From NCBI GenBank assembly GCA_964526665.1, contig CAZGJL010000004.1:2064-66063 (forward strand): a DNA stretch of 64,000 bases, written 5' to 3'. The stretch is from an uncultured Candidatus Peribacteria bacterium. Its GTDB lineage: Bacteria > Patescibacteriota > Gracilibacteria > UBA4473. Shown here one piece after another: positions 20,075-28,952 of the stretch. The notes under the pieces were generated by a model, which made no database searches, was not told the DNA's origin, and was given only the letters and a program-made list of their open reading frames with translations. Each line of letters begins with the position of its first letter. The stretch's first letter is position 1. Both the position numbers and the translations under genes were made by a program.

Positions 20075-21070
20075 ATGATTCCAATGATGAGAATTTTTGC
20101 GCGATTTGCACTTATTATGTTAGCTCTCTGGGGTATAGAAAACACCCTTGCCTTTAATGATGTTTCCGTTGATAGTCCTCATGCACACGTATTTCAACAT
20201 CTTGCAGATGTAGGTGTTATGCAGGGATTTGAAGATGGCTCCTTTCATCCAGAAAAAATTGTTAGCCGTGCAGAAGCGCTTGTTATTTCTCTTCGCGCAG
20301 GAGATGTCACTATCCCCAAAACCTTTGATTTCAAAGATATTCCTTTTTCTGATGTTGACCCAAATGCTTGGTATGCTCCAGCAGTTGCAAGAGCTGTCAC
20401 CCTTAAATTTGTTGGATCAGCCGAAAGTTTCCGTCCAAATTCCCCTGTATCAAAATCTGAATTTCTTGCCTTTCTCTTTCGTGCAACAAAAGTAAATTAC
20501 CGCCCTTTTCTGAATTCGAAAATTGGAATTTCGGATGATATAGATGAAGAAGATTGGTTTGCTCTTGCTTTTGCCTATGCAAAAAAATATCAAATAGCAT
20601 CCTTACCGGCTGATAATCTTTATCGTCCTTATAAATCCCTCTCTCGACTGGAGGTAGCCCTTATGACATTTCGACAACTTCGAATCTTTCATGGAGATGC
20701 CGCTACTCGTGACTTTTTGGAATTACAAGCTGAAATTCAGCAATTCATGATACTCCTCCGTGCCGGAAAATCTGAAGAAGCACAAACACATCTCCCACAA
20801 ATATTAACTCTTACCGATACGCTCACATTAAAACGAAATAATGAAAATGCTGTAGCAGCACAGGCTCTTTCCAAGTCTATCAAACACTTAGTAATGAGCA
20901 TTCGATCCTTTAAGTTTGGACACGATCTAGAAGGTCTTGAACAACTCTTCCTCTCCAGTAGATATGCTGGACGTGTTGCAGAAAAATCTGAAAAACTTGC
21001 TCTATTTGCACGTGATATACAGGATGTTATTTCAGAAACACTTGAGACAAGAAGTGTTCAAATGTTTTGA
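20075..21070 (+). CDS. secreted protein with S-layer-homology (SLH) type repeats
   Basis: Signal peptide, then FNDVSVDSPHAHVFQHLADVGVMQGFEDGSFHPEKIVSRAEAL and a second similar repeat (FSDVDPNAWYAPAVARAV). Confidence 0.6.
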   Translation: MIPMMRIFARFALIMLALWGIENTLAFNDVSVDSPHAHVFQHLADVGVMQGFEDGSFHPEKIVSRAEALVISLRAGDVTIPKTFDFKDIPFSDVDPNAWYAPAVARAVTLKFVGSAESFRPNSPVSKSEFLAFLFRATKVNYRPFLNSKIGISDDIDEEDWFALAFAYAKKYQIASLPADNLYRPYKSLSRLEVALMTFRQLRIFHGDAATRDFLELQAEIQQFMILLRAGKSEEAQTHLPQILTLTDTLTLKRNNENAVAAQALSKSIKHLVMSIRSFKFGHDLEGLEQLFLSSRYAGRVAEKSEKLALFARDIQDVISETLETRSVQMF

Positions 21071-21124
21071 CATATATGCATTAATGTTGTAAGATATCTT
21101 CTAGCGTTTTCAAAAAACGAACGA

Positions 21125-22102
21125 ATGCACAAACAATTTATCAAAACCACAGAAATCGAAAAACTCAATAGGTGGATTGAATCAACTCCTCGTGTTGTAA
21201 TTATTGCTCACTCCAATCCAGATGGTGATACTATCGGTTGTTCCTCTGCTCTTGCTCTCGGACTCCGTCAACTTGGTGTAAACGTGCAACTGGCCTGTGT
21301 AGACAGTGTTCCGAAAGGATTTCGCTTTGTTTCTGGAGCAGATGAGTATGTACAAGATTTTGATGTAAAAGATTTTGATACGGCGTGGCTCTGTGATTGT
21401 GGAGACAAAGTAATGACTCGGTTTCATGACGCAAAACCTGAGATCTTATCTGACACAATGACAACTATAAATCTCGACCATCATCCAACAAATGATAGTT
21501 TTGGAGATATTAATTTCGTTGATCCTCGTGCAAGTTCTAGTTGTGAAATGACACTTGAGCTATTACAAAAATTAAATATCGAAATTACACCCGAAATTGC
21601 TACAGCACTCCTTCTGGGGCTTTATACTGATACTGGAGGATTCCAACATCAAAACACAACTCCTGAAACATATCAGGCTGCCGCAACACTTGTTCGCGCT
21701 GGAGGAAGTATCTCCAAAATTGCAAAAAATATATTTCACAGTAATGAATTTAGAAAATTTAAACTCTGGGGAAAGGTGTTGAAAAACTTGCATCTTACGA
21801 AAGACGGGGCTGCTATTATTGGTGCTCACGTAGATGATTACCAAAAACTAGGTGCCACTCGTGGAGACCTCAACGGAGTAATTGATTGGGTAAGCTCAAT
21901 GCCTGAGGCACAATATTCCGTACTTCTTTCTGAAGATGAAAAAGGAAATGTAAAAGCTTCATTGCGTACTCGAAAAGCAGATGTTGATGTAAAAGCATTA
22001 GCAGAAAAATTTGGTGGCGGTGGACATGTAAAAGCTGCCGGATTTACTGTTCGTGGTGGTCATCTCCAAAAAGAGGTAAAATGGAAAATAGTAACCGACT
22101 AA
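21125..22102 (+). CDS. nrnA: DHH/DHHA1 phosphoesterase (NrnA-like oligoribonuclease/pAp phosphatase)
   Basis: AHSNPDGDTIG, DHH and GGGH motifs. Confidence 0.85.
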   Translation: MHKQFIKTTEIEKLNRWIESTPRVVIIAHSNPDGDTIGCSSALALGLRQLGVNVQLACVDSVPKGFRFVSGADEYVQDFDVKDFDTAWLCDCGDKVMTRFHDAKPEILSDTMTTINLDHHPTNDSFGDINFVDPRASSSCEMTLELLQKLNIEITPEIATALLLGLYTDTGGFQHQNTTPETYQAAATLVRAGGSISKIAKNIFHSNEFRKFKLWGKVLKNLHLTKDGAAIIGAHVDDYQKLGATRGDLNGVIDWVSSMPEAQYSVLLSEDEKGNVKASLRTRKADVDVKALAEKFGGGGHVKAAGFTVRGGHLQKEVKWKIVTD

Positions 22103-22120
22103 TCTCTCACACAAACAAAT

Positions 22121-22498
22121 ATGCCAACTATGCACGGAACCGGAATGCATCATCATGTACATGTAAAAAGTGAATGGAAATTCACTACATACATAAAACA
22201 CTTAATTGCTCTTATTACAGGAAACTCTGATCGAGATACATTGAAAAAAAAGTTTGATAAATTTATATCTGTTGTAGGACTTATTGGTCCCATTATGACA
22301 ACTCCTCAAATTATTAATGTATGGGTGTACCAAAACGTAGAAGGCCTTGCTCTTCTCTCCTGGGGAACATATGTCCTGACTTCAAGTTTTTGGCTTTTGT
22401 ATGGAATCCTTCACAAAGAACGTGCCATCATTATGGTAAATATTGCTTGGATTATTGCCAATATATCAGTTGTCACAGGAATTCTCATTTTTAGATAA
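22121..22498 (+). CDS. small PQ-loop/SemiSWEET-like membrane protein with His-rich N-terminus
   Basis: Three TM segments, a TTPQIINVW PQ motif, and N-terminal MHGTGMHHHVH. Confidence 0.45.
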   Translation: MPTMHGTGMHHHVHVKSEWKFTTYIKHLIALITGNSDRDTLKKKFDKFISVVGLIGPIMTTPQIINVWVYQNVEGLALLSWGTYVLTSSFWLLYGILHKERAIIMVNIAWIIANISVVTGILIFR

Positions 22499-22563
22499 AA
22501 ATTACTACAAGGGACTTTACATAAATATTTTTTCTATTATTCTTAAACAAATAATTTTTTTTG

Positions 22564-22704
22564 ATGGAATCTTCACCAAATACAGATACTGAAAAAGTAA
22601 TGGATCTCCGTACAAAATACGCTGATCTTTTGAATAATCGCGAGATACAGGATCTTGTGAATTGGATGACAAAGAATATGGATGAATATCCCGACGAGGA
22701 GTAA
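22564..22704 (+). CDS. small acidic ORF (46 aa), unverified
   Basis: Manual translation gives MESSPNTDTEKVMDLRTKYADLLNNREIQDLVNWMTKNMDEYPDEE. It lies below the track cutoff, and the opposite-strand track ORF 22491..22709 looks spurious. Confidence 0.3.
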   Translation: MESSPNTDTEKVMDLRTKYADLLNNREIQDLVNWMTKNMDEYPDEE

Positions 22705-22726
22705 TTCAAACCGATTCAATTTTTAG

Positions 22727-23161
22727 TTAAAAGTTCTTCTCTTTTTCTATCCAGTATCGTGTAGCATCTTGCAAGTGACGGAAACGATCTGCTTGTAATT
22801 TTGTTCCTCCAAACCATCTTGTCACCACCACTATGATATCAATGATGTGTTTTTTTCGTAACTGATGTAATATCACTTGCCCCGCCCCTGTTTCACCATC
22901 ATCTGATTTTGTTTCAAACACCGCACCATCATGTGAAATTCTTGCTGCCCATGAATTATGCGTCGCTGCTGCATACTTCTTGTCCTTTTTCACTTTTTTC
23001 AAAAATTCTTTAACCTCTTCGCGAGACAAAACCTTTCCTCCTGTCACAGAATAATGAGATCCCCTATCCAAAATAATTTTATGACATTGTAACCACTCGA
23101 CAGAACAATGATGTTCATCTGAAAATAAAATTGGAATTTGATCTGCTGATTTTCGAGACAT
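22727..23161 (-). CDS. IMPACT/YigZ-family protein (N-terminal UPF0029 domain only)
   Basis: ATHNSWAARI...SDDGETGAG...VVVTRWFGGTKL matches the YigZ pattern. Confidence 0.75.
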   Translation of the reverse strand: MSRKSADQIPILFSDEHHCSVEWLQCHKIILDRGSHYSVTGGKVLSREEVKEFLKKVKKDKKYAAATHNSWAARISHDGAVFETKSDDGETGAGQVILHQLRKKHIIDIIVVVTRWFGGTKLQADRFRHLQDATRYWIEKEKNF

Positions 23162-23206
23162 GATTTATTAAAATAACCCAAACACTATATAGTTTTTAAA
23201 AAATAT

Positions 23207-23234
23207 TTGCACTCTCAACTGAAATTCGTAAACT
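23207..23234 (+). promoter_or_regulatory. putative promoter TTGCAC-16nt-TAAACT for tRNA-Leu
   Basis: -35 at 23207-23212 and -10 at 23229-23234, 22 nt before the tRNA 5' end. Confidence 0.45.
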
Positions 23235-23256
23235 CCGTCTGTTCTTCTCGACATGT

Positions 23257-23341
23257 GCCGGGGTGGCGGAATTGGTAGACGCGCATGACTCAAAATCATG
23301 TTCCGCAAGGAGTGAGGGTTCGAGTCCCTCCCTCGGTACCA
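23257..23341 (+). tRNA. tRNA-Leu (CAA), long variable arm, CCA encoded
   Basis: GCCGGGG acceptor, GGAATTGGTAGAC D-loop, anticodon stem CATGA/TCATG with loop CTCAAAA, T-arm GAGGG-TTCGAGT-CCCTC, ACCA end. A terminator hairpin follows at about 23348-23388. Confidence 0.93.
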
Positions 23342-23412
23342 GATGAAAATATTCTTAACTCCTTGTGAGTTGGGAATATTTTTTTATATGCGATAAAAGT
23401 GTAAAAAAATGT

Positions 23413-24399
23413 CTAAACAACGACCTCCTTCACTTCCTCCAACACAGGTTCTTTTACTACTTCTGGTTGAACTTGTGGTTGTGTCTCCTGAGGAATAGCA
23501 ATCTGTTTCTTCGTTTTCTGTGGTAAATGCATTGCTTGCATTAAATTGGTATCATTATCGTCTAGAGAAAGTGTTGTAATTGGATATGGGATCTCAATCT
23601 CAGCTGCATCAAAATCTAATTTCAACTGTTGAATTATGTCTGAACGAATCTGAATCCATGGCGCATCTGATTCTACCCAAAACTGTACTTGTAAGTTAAT
23701 AGAGGAGTCTCCAAATTCTGTCGCTACAACATTTGTATGTGGCTCTGGCATAACTTGTTTATTTTTTGTAACTGAAGCAATCGCCAACTGAATAGACTCT
23801 TGTAATGGAGTTTCGTAATGCACTCCAACGTCAAATTTAATTCGACGAAATTCATTTGCCGAAAAACTTTCAATAACAGCTGTAATCATTTGTGCATTGG
23901 GAATGATCAAAAGTGTTCCATCAAAACTCTGGATTTGTGTGGTACGTGTCTCAATTTCTGTAATTTTACCCATTACATCTCCCATCTTCACATTATCTCC
24001 GATTTTAAATTTCTTTTGTGTCAAAATCATAATTCCAGCAATAAAATTGGAAAGGATGTCCTTCAATGCAAAACCCATTCCCACTCCAAGAAAAGCAACA
24101 AGCGTTCCTAAATTTAAACCAACAATTTCTGTCGCAGAAATAATCCCCAAAAATACAATCCCATAGGTAATCATGCGCCCCATCAAAATCAAAACCTCAC
24201 GATTTAAATCCCTTTTACTTAAACGAAATAACACAATCTTTGTTATGAATTTAGCAAGTATAATAGAAGCAATTAATACAATAAGTGCTGAAATAATGAG
24301 TGGAATCATACCCAGAACGGTAGCAAACAATCCTGTTGTTTCGTTTGCTGTCGATTGTGCTGTTGCAGAAGCCGCCGACACTGTTTCTATGAACCACAT
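23413..24399 (-). CDS. mechanosensitive ion channel (MscS family)
   Basis: IGDNVKMGDVMGKITEIETRTTQIQSFDGTLLIIPNAQMI signature after the TM helices. Confidence 0.85.
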   Translation of the reverse strand: MWFIETVSAASATAQSTANETTGLFATVLGMIPLIISALIVLIASIILAKFITKIVLFRLSKRDLNREVLILMGRMITYGIVFLGIISATEIVGLNLGTLVAFLGVGMGFALKDILSNFIAGIMILTQKKFKIGDNVKMGDVMGKITEIETRTTQIQSFDGTLLIIPNAQMITAVIESFSANEFRRIKFDVGVHYETPLQESIQLAIASVTKNKQVMPEPHTNVVATEFGDSSINLQVQFWVESDAPWIQIRSDIIQQLKLDFDAAEIEIPYPITTLSLDDNDTNLMQAMHLPQKTKKQIAIPQETQPQVQPEVVKEPVLEEVKEVVV

Positions 24400-24494
24400 G
24401 TTTTATTTGAAAAAATCATGTAAGTATACCCTATATCCTTGGTTTCTTCAAGTGTTTTTTGACTCCCTGAAAGAGTTTTGCCAAACTGAAGGTA

Positions 24495-24905
24495 ATGAAA
24501 AAAATAACTCGTCCCTGGCAAGCTACAATTCTCGCTGTAATTGCGGGGGTTAAAATGGTCTCAAACTTCATTATTCTTCTCCTGCTTCTTTTTGTACGCG
24601 ACTGGTTTGGGAACTGGTTGAGCCAATTTGATCCAGAACTTATTGTCATAACTGCCGTAAAACCCATTATTTTTATCCCATTGATCGGATCAATCCTTAT
24701 TTCTTTCCTTTTTATGCGTGGCCTTTGGAAAGGACAACGATGGGCTCCTATACTTCTTGTAATTCTTCATGGATTAGCCTTTCTCCTTATGGGACTATTG
24801 ACTCTCTCTGACACTCTCTGGGCTATTCCTTTTGCAATAATGCTCTTTCTTGTTGCTTTAGAAATTGAATGCTGGGTACACCCATTTTTCAAACGAAAAA
24901 AATAA
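24495..24905 (+). CDS. hypothetical membrane protein
   Basis: 136 aa with four hydrophobic segments. Confidence 0.6.
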   Translation: MKKITRPWQATILAVIAGVKMVSNFIILLLLLFVRDWFGNWLSQFDPELIVITAVKPIIFIPLIGSILISFLFMRGLWKGQRWAPILLVILHGLAFLLMGLLTLSDTLWAIPFAIMLFLVALEIECWVHPFFKRKK

Positions 24906-24920
24906 TAACTTGATCCGTTT

Positions 24921-26495
24921 TCACTTTGTATATAACCCCTTGGTATATGGCTTTACGGGTAAAGAATCTGTTGTTGGAAATTTTGAAAGTGTCTGCGCTA
25001 ATAATTTTGCTAACTGCAAATTAATTACCAATGGAACATTGGCATCAATAGCTGCACGACGAATTCCATATCCATCTGTAATTTCTTCATGTGAAAACTT
25101 ATTTGGCGTATTAATTACTAGGCCAACTTCTCCTGATTCAATTAATTCCGCTACATTGGGGTGCTCTTTGGAGGAAATTTTTGCTACGGTATCACAGGGA
25201 ATTCCATGTTCGTTAAACAATGCTGCAGTAGCTTTTGTTGCTACTAAAGAAAATCCTAGTTTCAAAAACTCTCCTGCAATTGGACGAAATGCTACTTTGT
25301 CTCGTAATTTCCCAAGAGTAACTAATATTTTTGATCCTTTTCCTGGTAATCGAAATCCTGTTGCAATTAATGATTTTAAAAATGCTTCCTCAATCGTGTC
25401 TCCAAAACAAGCTACTTCTCCCGTAGAACTCATTTCTACTCCCAGTGCAGGATCTGCCCCCTTGAGACGAGAAAAAGAGAATTGTGCTGCCTTTACTCCC
25501 ACGTTCAGAATTTCAAGTGGATTTACTTCTTGAGATTCAACTTCTTCTCCGAGTAAAACACGTGTCGCGAGCTCAATAAAATTTTGTCCCAATACCTTTG
25601 AGGCAAATGGGAAACTCCGACTCGCTCGCAAATTACACTCGATCACCTTTATTTCGTTATGACGAGCCAAGAACTGAATATTAAATGGTCCTGAAATATC
25701 TAATTCTTTTGCTAGCTCCTCCGCAATACGACGTACTCGACGCACTGTTTCAAGATATAAATTCTGAGGAGGTAATACTATAGTTGCATCTCCGGAATGT
25801 ACTCCTGCATTTTCAACATGTTCTGCGATGGCAGAACAAATAATCCTTCCATTTTGTGCTACACCATCAAATTCAACCTCTTTTGCATTCTCTTCAAATT
25901 TTGAAATAACCACTGATGCTTTTGATGTCCCGACAGCTGTTTCCAAAAAATCTTTTAAATTCGTTTCATCTGTAGCAACCGCCATTGCTGCACCAGACAA
26001 CACAAACGATGGCCGAACCAATACTGGATATTCCACCTCTTTTGCAAAAGCAAACGCATCTTTCATTTTTGAAAAACTTTCCCAGCGTGGTTGATCAATA
26101 TGTAGGTCATCACAGAGTTGAGAGAACTTCCCTCTGTCTTCACAACGATCAATTGATTCTACTGATGTTCCCAGTAAATGAATTCCTTCTTCTTGAAGTT
26201 GCTCTGCCATATTTTGAGCGATTTGACCTCCTGTCGAAAAAATAACTCCATCGGGTTTCTCCTTGTCGCAAATATCAAGTACTCGCTCAACAGTAAGTTC
26301 TTCAAAATATAAACGATCACATTCATCAAAATCCGTTGAAACTGTCTCCGGATTAGAATTTATAAATACTGTTTCATGTCCTAATCGTCGCAACGTCCGT
26401 AATACCTGCACACCACACCAATCAAACTCAACAGAACTTCCTATTGAATACGGTCCTGATCCAATAATTAAATATTTTTTTGCGTTCTTTTTCAT
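24921..26495 (-). CDS. carB: carbamoyl-phosphate synthase large chain, C-terminal half only (second ATP-grasp plus MGS-like domain)
   Basis: YLIIGSGPYSIGSSVEFDWCGV...FINSNPETVSTDFDECDRLYFEELT aligns with CarB from about residue 555. At 524 aa it has the size of exactly one half. Confidence 0.85.
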   Translation of the reverse strand: MKKNAKKYLIIGSGPYSIGSSVEFDWCGVQVLRTLRRLGHETVFINSNPETVSTDFDECDRLYFEELTVERVLDICDKEKPDGVIFSTGGQIAQNMAEQLQEEGIHLLGTSVESIDRCEDRGKFSQLCDDLHIDQPRWESFSKMKDAFAFAKEVEYPVLVRPSFVLSGAAMAVATDETNLKDFLETAVGTSKASVVISKFEENAKEVEFDGVAQNGRIICSAIAEHVENAGVHSGDATIVLPPQNLYLETVRRVRRIAEELAKELDISGPFNIQFLARHNEIKVIECNLRASRSFPFASKVLGQNFIELATRVLLGEEVESQEVNPLEILNVGVKAAQFSFSRLKGADPALGVEMSSTGEVACFGDTIEEAFLKSLIATGFRLPGKGSKILVTLGKLRDKVAFRPIAGEFLKLGFSLVATKATAALFNEHGIPCDTVAKISSKEHPNVAELIESGEVGLVINTPNKFSHEEITDGYGIRRAAIDANVPLVINLQLAKLLAQTLSKFPTTDSLPVKPYTKGLYTK

Positions 26496-26540
26496 CTGTA
26501 GCAGTGTACTTACTCGCTGACGTTTTTCAAAATAAAGTTT

Positions 26541-26915
26541 TTACCACTTCTTTGTTCGTGCCACAGAAGCAACTCGTCGACGATACTCACTATGAATTTT
26601 GAAAGCCATGAAAATCCCTAACAAAATTATTCCCAATAGAATAATGTATAAAAACATTCGCATTGAAAACCCTGGAACACCACTGAATCTCGATAATACA
26701 GCAATGCCTCCCAGAACTCCCAAAAATGGGAATGCCCAAAACTTTTTCTTCATAGATTTACGAAGATATTTATTCCCATGAGCTGCCTTTCTAGCAATAC
26801 GTCCCGTGAACATTACCAGAACAAAAAATGCTAAAAGCGCAAAACCAATAAGGAAATCTCCTCCCGGATTTGCGTCTAAATAATAATGTGAAGTTAGTAG
26901 TAAAGAAAAATCCAT
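26541..26915 (-). CDS. hypothetical membrane protein
   Basis: 124 aa with four hydrophobic segments. Confidence 0.55.
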   Translation of the reverse strand: MDFSLLLTSHYYLDANPGGDFLIGFALLAFFVLVMFTGRIARKAAHGNKYLRKSMKKKFWAFPFLGVLGGIAVLSRFSGVPGFSMRMFLYIILLGIILLGIFMAFKIHSEYRRRVASVARTKKW

Positions 26916-26950
26916 TTTTATAAATTATCAATCATGCACTTTTTAACATA

Positions 26951-27697
26951 TCATCGCCGCCGAAGCAAACCAACTATGCAGGCAATTATTACTGCTAATG
27001 AGATTGCTTGTCCCAATCGCAGTACATCACCAAGCATAATTGCTTCATTTCCATATAAAAATTCAAGAAAAAACTGAAATACGAAAATCCATATTCCTGC
27101 AACTAATGATAAACGCCCTGGTTGTCTCTCCCAAAGTGTTTGTTTTTTTAGAACCCAGTTTAATAAAATAATATGAGGCAATACAGCATACAACGTCACT
27201 GGATGTACTTCCGCTAATGTTTCTACTCCAAAAGTTTCATATTGAACCCCCCATGGCAAAGAAGTCTCTGTTCCATAAATTGCTCCAGTAAAAAATTGAA
27301 TAAAATCACTTAACACAATCCCCAGCATGAATGATGGGATTGCTAGATCTAGCCAACGCCAAAATGACAACTGATGCTTTCGTAAATCCCATGCCATGAG
27401 TGATATTGCTCCTGCAAAGAGACCAAAAAAATTAATCTCTCCATCCCAAAAAACGGCTGGCGCCCACATTCCATGTCGTGCAAAAATCTCTGGTTCTATG
27501 ACTAATGCAACAATACGTCCCAAAATAACTCCTGCCAATATCCATCTCCAAAAATGATGTACAAAAAATTCAACAGAAAAATTTTTGCGCTCTATCTGAC
27601 GAAAATAGTGCCATGCAGCAATAAAAAAAGTAATTGCTAACAATAGCCCATTAATTTTTAAAACAAAAAACCCGAAACCTAACTGCGAAAAATTCAT
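26951..27697 (-). CDS. lgt: prolipoprotein diacylglyceryl transferase-like
   Basis: Polytopic, with GAIYGTETSLPWGV and HPVTLYA (compare the Lgt HPTQLYE motif). Confidence 0.65.
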   Translation of the reverse strand: MNFSQLGFGFFVLKINGLLLAITFFIAAWHYFRQIERKNFSVEFFVHHFWRWILAGVILGRIVALVIEPEIFARHGMWAPAVFWDGEINFFGLFAGAISLMAWDLRKHQLSFWRWLDLAIPSFMLGIVLSDFIQFFTGAIYGTETSLPWGVQYETFGVETLAEVHPVTLYAVLPHIILLNWVLKKQTLWERQPGRLSLVAGIWIFVFQFFLEFLYGNEAIMLGDVLRLGQAISLAVIIACIVGLLRRR

Positions 27698-27734
27698 TAC
27701 ACTGAGTGTACTGTGCCTTCAAATTTTCGCAACT

Positions 27735-28949
27735 TTACCTCGTCCACCAAAACAGCATTGGGGAAGCCCAGAGAAACACAATAACTGCTGCAAGTGAAAT
27801 ACCAATAATAGTGAATTTCTTTTGAATAGATAACTGTTTCCATCCATATACCACTGGAAATAATCCAAAGGTAAAAATTAAAGTCACTCCTGTTACAAGC
27901 CATAATGTTGGTGATGAAAATGAGAATAAAATTGAGTTCTGAGAAAAATTAGTCAAAAGTCGCACTATATTCACTCCCCAGAAAACGAGCATTAACCCCA
28001 ATAACGCAACAATTGCTATATAAAATATTTGAACAAATTTTCTTAACGGATCTGACTCGATAATCTGTGCTTTTACTCTTTCGGTATCAATAGATGCGAG
28101 ACCTACTGAAATTGCAGCCACCCCCTCAATAATTGTTTTATTCAATTTTTTTACTAACACATCGACACTTTCCTTTTTTTCTAATAATTCTCGTTGTTTC
28201 TCTTCTGAAAGTGATGATGCTTCAATAAAAAGTTTATCATCAGCGAGCTGTGCTAATACTTTTTTTGTTAATTCCCGTAAATGATCTATTGCATTTGAAC
28301 GACGCAATCTTGATAACAATCCAATCCGATCCAATATTTCACGTCGAGCAACCATATCAAGAAATTCTTCATTTTCTTCTAATGAGGTTAATACTTCTGT
28401 TGTAAACCTTCCTATTTCTTCTTGATAGAATTGAAGTTCTGCCTGATCTGCCGAAGATAGTAATGGTGCTTCTCCTGTCTTTTTTTTCTCGACTTTCTTA
28501 TCCGCTATATGTGCTTTATTACTTAAATTATATTGCTCAATCCACTCAGCAGGAAGTCCTTGTTGCTGGTATTGTTCACGTTCTTCTGGCGTGCAATCAA
28601 GCGTAATTACATTTTTTAGATCAAAATCATACTCTCTCCGTAATTTTTGATAGGCTTCATATCCACCTATTGCTTCAATAGTTCCATGAACTGTTTTCCC
28701 GTCGGCTCCCACTCCTTCAAATTCAAATTGTGTAAATCCTTCAGTGACAGCGGCATCTTCTGCAGAAAATTCTTCAATAGAAAATAGTGCTAATCCTCTC
28801 TCAAAAATTATTTCACGCGCAGCATCTTCTGATTCAGCCCAAAGAGTTCCAGAAAACTTTTTTCCATCTGGACTCACTGCAACGAAATGATATCTTTGTT
28901 TTTGTCCCTCCATCATGTAAATTCTCGCAGAAAATAAAACTCTCTGCAA
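27735..28949 (-). CDS. membrane protein with two PilC/GspF-N-terminal-like modules
   Basis: YHFVAVSPDGKKFSGTLWAESEDAAREIIFERGLALFSIEE and FEFEGVGADGKTVHGTIEAIGGYEAYQKL, followed by a coiled region and C-terminal TM segments. Confidence 0.55.
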   Translation of the reverse strand: MQRVLFSARIYMMEGQKQRYHFVAVSPDGKKFSGTLWAESEDAAREIIFERGLALFSIEEFSAEDAAVTEGFTQFEFEGVGADGKTVHGTIEAIGGYEAYQKLRREYDFDLKNVITLDCTPEEREQYQQQGLPAEWIEQYNLSNKAHIADKKVEKKKTGEAPLLSSADQAELQFYQEEIGRFTTEVLTSLEENEEFLDMVARREILDRIGLLSRLRRSNAIDHLRELTKKVLAQLADDKLFIEASSLSEEKQRELLEKKESVDVLVKKLNKTIIEGVAAISVGLASIDTERVKAQIIESDPLRKFVQIFYIAIVALLGLMLVFWGVNIVRLLTNFSQNSILFSFSSPTLWLVTGVTLIFTFGLFPVVYGWKQLSIQKKFTIIGISLAAVIVFLWASPMLFWWTR

Positions 28950-28952
28950 TGT

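Noticed and set aside
22491-22709. 72-aa minus-strand ORF
   Set aside because: It has a low-complexity Ser/Phe/Arg-rich sequence with no start context. A short acidic plus-strand ORF (22564-22704) fits the spacer at least as well. Both remain uncertain.
24865-25533. 222-aa plus-strand ORF
   Set aside because: It is antisense to the well-supported carB-half gene and has no motifs. The same reasoning was applied to the other shadow ORFs inside leuS, gyrB, pnp, pyrG, hisS and the helicase.
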